From Myxococcota bacterium (GTDB taxonomy: Bacteria; Myxococcota_A; Polyangia; Polyangiales; Sandaracinaceae): DNA of 20,958 bases. This document shows positions 14,543 through 20,958 of this stretch, piece by piece. The DNA lies in the NCBI GenBank assembly GCA_036149055.1, contig JAYZQJ010000123.1, positions 1 through 20,958 of the forward strand, read 5' to 3'. The position numbers and the translations under genes are program-made. The notes beneath the pieces are model-generated. The model made no database searches, was not told the origin of the DNA, and was given only the letters and a program-made list of their open reading frames with translations. Each line of letters begins with the position of its first letter. Position 1 is the stretch's first letter.

Positions 14543-17013
14543 CCGAGCCCGACCTCCGCGGCTGCTTCGCGGAGGAGGCTAGCGCGGTACGAGTCGTCCG
14601 CCTGTACGTACATGCACGTCGGTCGCGCGACGGATCCCCAGCGCCGCTTCTCGAGGTCGGCGTCCATGCCGAGGTGCACCTGGGTCATGCCCTCCGCCCG
14701 CGCGCGCCGCAGCACCTGGAAGAGCAGCTGCTTGTAGCTCCCGTGCGACGCGACGTAGCGATAGTCGAGCCCGCCGAAGAGCGGCGCGTAGTGTCCGTCG
14801 CATCGGTGCGCGGCCCAGAACGCGATCGGACCGCCGTCCGAGGGCCCGCCCTCCGCGCGGTCGAGGTGCATCGTCATCACCTCCCACGCGTCCGAGCGGA
14901 CGAGCTGCGGCAGCAGATCCTGGGGGAGCAAGAAGGTGTTGAGCCGCACCTTGTGCTCGGCGATCTCGAGGTAGAGCCGGTGCAGGCGCGCGCAGGTCAG
15001 CTCGAGGTCCGGCTCCTCGCCGGTCAGCCTGCGCACCGTGTACATGTCGCGGCGCTCCAGGCTGCGCTTCGAGGCGCGCCGGTAGCGGCTGTTGGGGAGG
15101 CGGCGCACGAGGTCCTCGTCGCTCTCCCAGTCGACCTGGACGACGTGGCTGTCGAGGCCCGGCACCATCGCGAACCCCTCCCGGAGCATCGTCTCCTCGA
15201 TCTCCGGATCCTCCCCGACGAGGTCGCGGATCACGAGGGCGGTCGCGCCGGTCTCCCGCTGGATGCGCGCGCCCTCGGCGAGCAGCACCCGGAGCGCCTC
15301 CCTCCAGCGGCCGGAGCTGCGGTCGAGGAAGAGGTGCTCGCCCTCGCTGAGGCCGGTGCCGGTCATGGTGACCAGCGACGTCAGGTAGTAGGGGTCGGCC
15401 TCGCGGCGGGCCTCGATCCGGCGCGAGACGGCCGCGCGCATCGTCATGTCGTCCTTCTGGAGGAGCGTCGTGAACACGGTGGCCGCGAGCGGCTGGCCAC
15501 GCACGTCGCGCACGATCACGTAGTCGAAGCGCCAGCGATGCTCGGGCGCGCGCTCGGGGTGGAAGACCGCCTCCACGTCGCGGAGCGAGGCGGCCGAGGT
15601 GCAGCCCGCGGTGCCGAGCATGCGGTCCCACTCGGCGGCGTCGAGCGCGTCGATGGTGCGGGCCCGGTCGACGGGCAGGTCGAGCCTGATCCGCTGCCCC
15701 GAGGCGGGCGTGCGGCGGGGCTTCGGGGGGCGCGAGGGCCGACCGCCGCCCAGATCCGAGACCACGCTCTTCTCGAAGAGCCGGTCGAGCTCCTCCGCGT
15801 CGACGCCCTCCTGCTCGAGCACCTCGTGGAAGCAGCCGGCGAGCGCGTCGACGACACGGTCGACGTCCGCGCGGGTGTGGGCCGCGGTGAGGCTCACGCG
15901 GATGCCGCTCCGGCGCATCGGTACCGAGGGGTACATCGAGACGTTCACGTACACGCCCTGCGCGGCGACCCGCTCCGCCACCTCGTTCGACACCCGCGGC
16001 AGACCGCAGCGGATGAACTTGATCGGCGTCTCGTTCGCGGTCAGCAGCGGCAGCCGCGCCTCGAGCAGGCGGGCGTTGGCGTGGGCGACGATCGACGCGA
16101 GCTTGTCCTGACGGTCGCTGATCTCGCGGCTCAGGTGCACCTCCGCGCTCGCGAGCGCGGCGCCGAGCATCGGCGGCTGGACCGGCCCGCTGAACGTCAT
16201 CGGCCCGCCGCACATGCGCACCTTCTCGCGCTCGGCCGCCCGCGGGAAGACGAGCGCGCCGCCCCCCGCGCTGAACGCCTTGTTCAGCGAGGTGGCCACG
16301 ATGGTGCGCGGGTCGAGCGCCATGCGCGAGAGGAAGCTCCCTCGGCCGTGCTCTCCCGCCCAGCTCATGCCGTGCGCGTCGTCGATGTAGAGGCGCACGT
16401 TGTCGCCGAGGTCGAGCAGCTCCTGCAGCAGCGCCACCGGGGCGACGTCGCCGTACATGCTCGTCACGCCGTCGGTCGCGAACCAGACGGTGCGTCGCTC
16501 GCGCCGCAGCCGCTGCACCACCTCGACCGCGCGCCCGAGGTCCTCGTGGTGCACGATCTCCACCTTGGTGCCCGAGGCGCGCGCCAGGGTCGCCGCCCGG
16601 TGCACGCTGGCGTGGACCTGATGGTCCAGCACGATCGCGTCCTTCTCGGTCATCAGCGCGTCGAAGGCCGCCTGGTGGCCGAGCGTCGTGCTCGAGGTGA
16701 CGAGCGCGTGGGCCCCGAAGAGCTCTCCGAGCTTCTCCTCGAGCGTCGCGTAGAGCGGGATCGAGAGGTAGCCGCGCGAGACCGAGAACTGCGTGCCGTA
16801 GCGCCGCACCGCGTCGATGGCGCCGCCGACGAGCGCGGGGTGCGACTCGAGGCCGAGGTAGCTGCACGAGGCGAAGCTGATCAGCGGCTCACCGTTCAGG
16901 TGGAGGTGGCGGCCGCGGACGCTGTCGTCCTCGCAGTACTGGAAGAAGAGCCCGCGCCGGCGGGCGTCGGAGTGGAGCGCCTCGACGGAGGCGATGAACT
17001 GCGAGACTTCCAA
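14539..17013 (-). CDS. Fusion of PLP-dependent alpha-oxoamine synthase (BioF/SPT/CqsA family) with a C-terminal GNAT/FemAB-like domain
   Basis: N-terminal ~400 aa: SFASCSYLGL, DHQVHASV, DGVTSMYGD, IDDAHG, SLNKAF (PLP Lys), FSGPVQPP, YPSVP, IRVSL. C-terminal: AAEWD, LVIRDL, LHRLYLEI, FGGLDY, SYKQLL, VHLGMDADLEKRRWG. TTG start. Confidence 0.88.
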   Translation of the reverse strand: MEVSQFIASVEALHSDARRRGLFFQYCEDDSVRGRHLHLNGEPLISFASCSYLGLESHPALVGGAIDAVRRYGTQFSVSRGYLSIPLYATLEEKLGELFGAHALVTSSTTLGHQAAFDALMTEKDAIVLDHQVHASVHRAATLARASGTKVEIVHHEDLGRAVEVVQRLRRERRTVWFATDGVTSMYGDVAPVALLQELLDLGDNVRLYIDDAHGMSWAGEHGRGSFLSRMALDPRTIVATSLNKAFSAGGGALVFPRAAEREKVRMCGGPMTFSGPVQPPMLGAALASAEVHLSREISDRQDKLASIVAHANARLLEARLPLLTANETPIKFIRCGLPRVSNEVAERVAAQGVYVNVSMYPSVPMRRSGIRVSLTAAHTRADVDRVVDALAGCFHEVLEQEGVDAEELDRLFEKSVVSDLGGGRPSRPPKPRRTPASGQRIRLDLPVDRARTIDALDAAEWDRMLGTAGCTSAASLRDVEAVFHPERAPEHRWRFDYVIVRDVRGQPLAATVFTTLLQKDDMTMRAAVSRRIEARREADPYYLTSLVTMTGTGLSEGEHLFLDRSSGRWREALRVLLAEGARIQRETGATALVIRDLVGEDPEIEETMLREGFAMVPGLDSHVVQVDWESDEDLVRRLPNSRYRRASKRSLERRDMYTVRRLTGEEPDLELTCARLHRLYLEIAEHKVRLNTFLLPQDLLPQLVRSDAWEVMTMHLDRAEGGPSDGGPIAFWAAHRCDGHYAPLFGGLDYRYVASHGSYKQLLFQVLRRARAEGMTQVHLGMDADLEKRRWGSVARPTCMYVQADDSYRASLLREAAAEVGLG

Positions 17014-17029
17014 GCGGTGTTCTCCCGGA

Positions 17030-18229
17030 TCAGCGACGGTGGAGGGGGATGACCTTCGCGACGACGAAGGGCAGGCGGAAGCGGTCCTCGGTCAGGGCGG
17101 CGTTGATGCCGGTCCAGCGGTGCTCCTGGTCGCTGACGACGACGAGGGGGCTGATCCCGAAGACGGGCGGCAGCAGCTCCATCGCGACCGGGAAGTCGAA
17201 GAGCACCGCGTCCGGCCCGGCGACCCGCTCGCGCGCGCCGGTGGTCAGGTCCACGCGGAGCACCTCGAGGCGCAGCGCGTCCACCGCGTAGAGGGTGTTC
17301 GGGTCGCGGTAGCGATCGACCACCAGGCCCTTGAGCACGTCGACCGCGGCGCCCGCCGGCGGCGGCGAGACGAGCTCGATGTCGTCTCCGCGCTCGTGCG
17401 GCGGCCGCGCGTCCGACAGCGACGCGATCGGGATGCGGCGGATGCCCCCCGCGCACGTGTTGCCGAAGTAGAGGAAGGTGTCGTCGCTCGCGAGGAAGCC
17501 GACGCCCGGCGCGAACATGCCGTGCGGCTCGAAGGGGATGCCGTCGACGGTGACGCCGGCGGGGAAGGCGCAGGGCCCGAGCCCCGGGATGGCGTCGGAG
17601 GGCGCGAAGCCGGCGGGCACCACGCCCGGGCGCACCGTTCCGTCCGGCTCCACGATCCAGAGCGCGCCGAGGATCGACTCGCTGACCACGTAGGAGCCGT
17701 CCGGGAGGAGCTCGAAGTCCTCGACGAAGAGCGTGATGGCGCCGGTCAGCGGCAGCGTGCGCACCCAGGTCGCTTCGAAGCGGCGCGCCCGGCGATCCCA
17801 GCGGTACTCGTACTCGTGGATCGTCGCGACGGGCGGCGGCGCGGTCGGGTCGGGGAGGCCGCCCGGGTCGAGCACCGCGAGCCCGCCGACCCCGGTCGAG
17901 CGCAGCGCGAACGGCAGCACGAAGCCGCCGGGCGGCGCGGGCAGCTCGCCGAGCTCCCGCCCGGTGTAGCGCGAGAGCGCCACGACCCGCCCGGTCAGCG
18001 GCTCGGTCAGGAAGACGAACCGCTCGTCGCCCGCGACGCCGTGCGGCATCGCGTCGCGCGACGCCCAGTCGTACGCGATCGAGCGCCGCTCGACCCGGAG
18101 TCGGAGCGCCTCGCTCGACGCGCCGACCTCGTCGACCGCGTCTTCGGGGACATCGGCGCATGCTGTGAGCAGACCGACGGATAGAGCGCACCCCAGGAGG
18201 GCGCGCAGCCCAGTGCACCGCAAAACCAC
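17030..18229 (-). CDS. Lipoprotein with beta-propeller (SMP-30/gluconolactonase or NHL-like) domain
   Basis: Lipobox LTAC; blade-like motifs PHGVAGD, EDFELLPDGSYVVSES..GALW, LYFGN..GGIRRI, KGLVVD, LYAVD, LFDFPVAM. Confidence 0.75.
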   Translation of the reverse strand: MVLRCTGLRALLGCALSVGLLTACADVPEDAVDEVGASSEALRLRVERRSIAYDWASRDAMPHGVAGDERFVFLTEPLTGRVVALSRYTGRELGELPAPPGGFVLPFALRSTGVGGLAVLDPGGLPDPTAPPPVATIHEYEYRWDRRARRFEATWVRTLPLTGAITLFVEDFELLPDGSYVVSESILGALWIVEPDGTVRPGVVPAGFAPSDAIPGLGPCAFPAGVTVDGIPFEPHGMFAPGVGFLASDDTFLYFGNTCAGGIRRIPIASLSDARPPHERGDDIELVSPPPAGAAVDVLKGLVVDRYRDPNTLYAVDALRLEVLRVDLTTGARERVAGPDAVLFDFPVAMELLPPVFGISPLVVVSDQEHRWTGINAALTEDRFRLPFVVAKVIPLHRR

Positions 18230-18366
18230 GAGCCTTCAGAGAGCAAGACACGCGCCGTTCGTTCACGCGTCGGGGATCTCCAGGACAAATCCGGCTGCGT
18301 GTACGGAAAGTGCGCAGTTTGTGGCGAGCGCCTCCGGGGCGCCGTTTCCCGGGCCGAACGATTCAC

Positions 18367-18405
18367 TGTTCGACGCGCGCGACATGTGTTCGACGCGTCG
18401 AACAC
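18367..18405. promoter_or_regulatory. Operator-like site: perfect 20-bp palindrome plus an extra half-site
   Basis: GTGTTCGACGCGTCGAACAC at 18386-18405; TGTTCGACGCG directly repeated at 18367-18377 and 18387-18397. Confidence 0.55.
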
Positions 18406-18406
18406 C

Positions 18407-18437
18407 GGTGGGGGTTCCCCCGTAGGGGAAGTCCACC
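18407..18437 (-). terminator. Stem-loop directly after the oleB stop codon
   Basis: Minus strand GGTGG-AC-TTCCCC-TACG-GGGGAA-CCC-CCACC: C(UACG)G tetraloop hairpin; no U-tract. Confidence 0.55.
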
Positions 18438-19340
18438 TCAGGAAACGTCCGAACGCAGGGGGTGCTCGGTCAGGAAACGGCGCACGCGCGGTAGGATCTC
18501 GTCGGACGCGTCTTCGAGCACGTAATGCCCACAGTCGGGGAAGCGCTCGATCTCGGCGTGCGGCAGGTGACGCTCCCACTCCCGGAGGAACGGCGCGTCG
18601 AAGACGAAGTCCTTCTCGCCCCAGCAGATCAGCGCCGGGGTGTCGTGGAAGAGGTGCAGGCGCTCGGCGGTCTCGCGCACGATCGCGTGGCCCGGATCGC
18701 GGGGCGACAGCGGGATGTCCTGCACGAAGCGCAGGGTCGCGATGCGGTTCTCCGGGGTGTCGTAGGGCGCGGTGTAGGCGCGGCGCACCTCGCGCGGCAT
18801 CGGTCTCCGGGTCACGCAGGTCCGCGCCGCGACCTCGCTGAAGGCGTTGAGCCGCTTCACGAGCAGCCCGCCGAGCGGCGTGCGGGTGAGCTTGAGCGGC
18901 CAGTGGAAGGGCCGCTCGGTCGGGAGCGGGAAGGCGGCGGTGTTGAGGATCACCAGCCGCGCCACCCGCTCGGGGTGCCGCGCCGCCCACGCCATGCCGA
19001 TCATGCCGCCCCAGTCGTGCACGACGAGGGTCACGTCCTCGCGCACGTCGAGGTGATCGAGCAGCGCCTCGAGATCGTCGACCCGCTGGCCGAGCGTGTA
19101 GTCGTAGTGGGCGTCCCGCGGCTTGTCGCTCTTGCCCATGCCGATGTGGTCGGGCACGACGCAGCGGTGATCCGCCTTCAGCGCGGAGACGAGGTTGCGG
19201 TAGTAGAACGACCAGGTCGGGTTGCCGTGCACCATGACGACCGGCGGCCCCTCGCCCTCGTCGAGGTAGTGCATGCGGTGCCCGCCGAGCTCGTGCCAGT
19301 GCGGCGCGAAGGGGAAGAGCGTGTGCGGAACGGGTCTCAC
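18438..19340 (-). CDS. oleB: Beta-lactone (cis-3-alkyl-4-alkyloxetan-2-one) decarboxylase, haloalkane-dehalogenase-like alpha/beta hydrolase
   Basis: HGNPTWSFYYR, PDHIGMGKSDKP, HDWGG (Asp nucleophile), LRFVQDIP, WGEKDFVF, GHYVLED; GTGA overlap with oleA. Confidence 0.92.
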   Translation of the reverse strand: MRPVPHTLFPFAPHWHELGGHRMHYLDEGEGPPVVMVHGNPTWSFYYRNLVSALKADHRCVVPDHIGMGKSDKPRDAHYDYTLGQRVDDLEALLDHLDVREDVTLVVHDWGGMIGMAWAARHPERVARLVILNTAAFPLPTERPFHWPLKLTRTPLGGLLVKRLNAFSEVAARTCVTRRPMPREVRRAYTAPYDTPENRIATLRFVQDIPLSPRDPGHAIVRETAERLHLFHDTPALICWGEKDFVFDAPFLREWERHLPHAEIERFPDCGHYVLEDASDEILPRVRRFLTEHPLRSDVS

Positions 19341-20353
19341 CAGATCACCTCTGCCATGGCGCAGTTCAGGCCGCTGCCGATGCCCATGAGCGCGACGCGG
19401 TCCCCCGCGCGCACCCTACCTTCCGCCGCCGCCTTGGCGAGCGTCATCGGCACGGACGCCGGGCCGACGTTGCCGTGCTCGGGGTAGATGACCGGGATCC
19501 GCGCCAGATCGAGGCCGAGCGTGCGCGCCAGGTGCTCGGTGTGCGGCTTGCTCACCTGATGCATCACCGCGTGGTCGAGCGCGTCGGCGCTCCACTCCAG
19601 CTCCTCCTCGGCCTTCGCCCAGGTGCGGGTGGCCAGCTCGAGGCCGGCCGAGAGGAGGCCGGTCGTGTCGGTCTTCATCCAGTCCACCTGGCCGCGGCAC
19701 AGCTGGTTGTGCTGGCTCGCGGCGAGGCTCACGAGCCCGCCGAAGCGGTGTCCCTCCGGGGCCAGCGCGCTCCGGGTCAGCACCGCCGCCGCCGCGCCGC
19801 TCCCCAGCGTGAGCGTCGCGATGTTGTCGCGGAAGGTCTGCGGGGTCGCGTCGGGCGCGCGCAGCCGCTCGAGCGTCCTCTCCACCACGAAGCGCGAGCT
19901 CTCGCCGTCGACCACCAGCCCGTAGTCGACCTGGCCGCGCTCGATCATCTGCGCGACGAGGTCCATGCCGTTGAGGAACCCGAGGCAGGCGTTCGAGAGA
20001 TCGAAGTTCAGGCACTCCTCGGACAGGCCCAGGTTGCCGTGCACCAGGCAGGCGGTGGAGGGCTCGATGTAGTCCCGGCAGACGCTGGTGTTGATCAGGA
20101 CCCCGATCCGGTCGGGCCCGACCCCGGCGTCCTCGATCGCGCCGCGCGCGGCCTTCGTGGCCGCGTCGCTCGGCTGCACGTCCGCGTCCCAGAAGCGGCG
20201 CGCGGTGATCCCGCTCAGCGCCTCCAGGGTGCCGGGGAGGAGCCCCAGCCGCGGCAGGTGCGCGGACAGCTCGGCCTCCAGGTCCGCGGTGGGCACCCGG
20301 TGGGTCGCCTCCACCGCGTGGAGAGAGGCCAGGACGACGTCGTCGAAGCGCAT
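19337..20353 (-). CDS. oleA: Acyl-CoA:acyl-CoA alkyltransferase (thiolase/FabH-fold head-to-head condensing enzyme)
   Basis: NTSVCRDYIEPSTA (catalytic Glu), NACLGF (Cys), TLTLGSGA, HQVS (His), GNVGPAS (Asn), GIGSGLNC. Confidence 0.94.
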   Translation of the reverse strand: MRFDDVVLASLHAVEATHRVPTADLEAELSAHLPRLGLLPGTLEALSGITARRFWDADVQPSDAATKAARGAIEDAGVGPDRIGVLINTSVCRDYIEPSTACLVHGNLGLSEECLNFDLSNACLGFLNGMDLVAQMIERGQVDYGLVVDGESSRFVVERTLERLRAPDATPQTFRDNIATLTLGSGAAAAVLTRSALAPEGHRFGGLVSLAASQHNQLCRGQVDWMKTDTTGLLSAGLELATRTWAKAEEELEWSADALDHAVMHQVSKPHTEHLARTLGLDLARIPVIYPEHGNVGPASVPMTLAKAAAEGRVRAGDRVALMGIGSGLNCAMAEVIW

Positions 20354-20472
20354 GAGCCCCGAAAGGGAGCGCAGCCGCGCCCCAGCGTCAAGCCGGGCCG
20401 GGGCGCCCGGTCGAATCGGGTCTGTAGAGTTGACGCGCCGGCTGGTACGGCTTCGTGCTCAGGCAGTCGGTC

Positions 20473-20958
20473 ATGGCCAACCAGGACATCTCCAACTACT
20501 TCGAGGACCTGTTCATCGAGGACGAGCGCGGCCTGATCATCGGCGAGCTCAACGTGCCGCACGACTCCGCGACCGAAGGCGGGCTGCGGATCATGGCCGA
20601 TGAGACCGTCGAGATGCGCAGCGAGGTGTCCGGCTGCGAGTTCGTCGGGACGTTCGCGGACGTGAACTACATCCTGGAGCGAGCCTCCGTTGGGTCGGCC
20701 TCAGCTCAAGAGGTGGCAAACGATGGCGCCGGGGCACCCTCGCCCCCTTCCACGACACTGACCGAAGCGACGGCAGGCGACGAGCGCAGCGAGGTCGCCG
20801 CACGCGCCACTCGAGTCGTTCGATCCCGCGGCAGCGGGCGGCCAGCGAGCGCGAGCCGCAGGGCCCCCAGCGCCCCGTCGCTGGGGTCGCGGCGCGAGCG
20901 CGCAGCGCGAGGCGCCGGCGGAGTCGGGAGGGGGGCCCCATTGGCGCTTTGCCCAATG
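20473..20958 (+). CDS. Hypothetical protein, open to right edge; only the first ~69 codons look genuinely coding (possible truncated gene)
   Basis: Not in the ORF track. MANQDISNYFEDLFIEDERGLIIGELNVPHDSATEGGLRIMADETVEMRSEVSGCEFVGTFADVNYILE: 67 of 69 codons end in G/C; the bias collapses from 20680. Confidence 0.55.
   Translation, partial: MANQDISNYFEDLFIEDERGLIIGELNVPHDSATEGGLRIMADETVEMRSEVSGCEFVGTFADVNYILERASVGSASAQEVANDGAGAPSPPSTTLTEATAGDERSEVAARATRVVRSRGSGRPASASRRAPSAPSLGSRRERAARGAGGVGRGAPLALCPM
20856..20958. repeat. Cluster of short palindromes, REP/MITE-like, cut by the window edge
   Basis: CCCCAGCG-6nt-CGCTGGGG (20865-20886) within CCGC...GCGG, and CATTGG-8nt-CCAATG (20939-20958). Only one copy visible. 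Confidence 0.35.

Noticed and set aside
14539..17013. Calling the fusion bioF or spt
   Set aside because: No biotin genes or ACP adjacent, an extra GNAT region and divergent motifs; substrate cannot be assigned from sequence alone.
11901..18437. Block between oleB and oleC as a mobile element
   Set aside because: No integrase, transposase, terminal repeats or target-site duplication seen; codon style matches flanking genes.
18438..19340. Haloalkane dehalogenase annotation
   Set aside because: Same fold and HDWGG motif, but coupling to oleA and presence of oleC/oleD identify it as OleB.

Overview
Very GC-rich bacterial DNA with about 22 real genes among many antisense shadow ORFs. The gene content (several lipoproteins, a stand-alone ferritin-like protein, a STAS/SEC14-like protein, atypical receivers) suggests a myxobacterium; this is an inference. 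The main recognisable pathway is olefin/beta-lactone biosynthesis, oleABCD, on the minus strand. It is split into oleAB (18438-20353) and oleCD (9238-11900) by a 6.5-kb, six-gene block. That block holds a tightly coupled four-gene operon: beta-propeller lipoprotein, an alpha-oxoamine synthase (BioF/SPT/CqsA-like) fused to a GNAT/FemAB-like domain, a STAS/SEC14-like protein and a double pseudo-receiver. It also holds a BsmA-type 2OG-Fe(II) dioxygenase and a membrane protein. The left part has a candidate RiPP-like pair: a small lipoprotein with six N-E-[P/A] repeats followed by a cytoplasmic diiron ferritin-like enzyme, divergent from an atypical cysteine desulfurase-like gene. It also has a beta-helix lipoprotein and TM2, DUF2277, DUF302, MFS/spermidine-synthase fusion and TerB genes. 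Five genes have a TANNNT hexamer 6-7 nt upstream of the ATG, a leaderless-transcript signature. No RNA genes, CRISPR arrays or transposases were recognised. All family calls come from reading motifs by eye, not from database searches.
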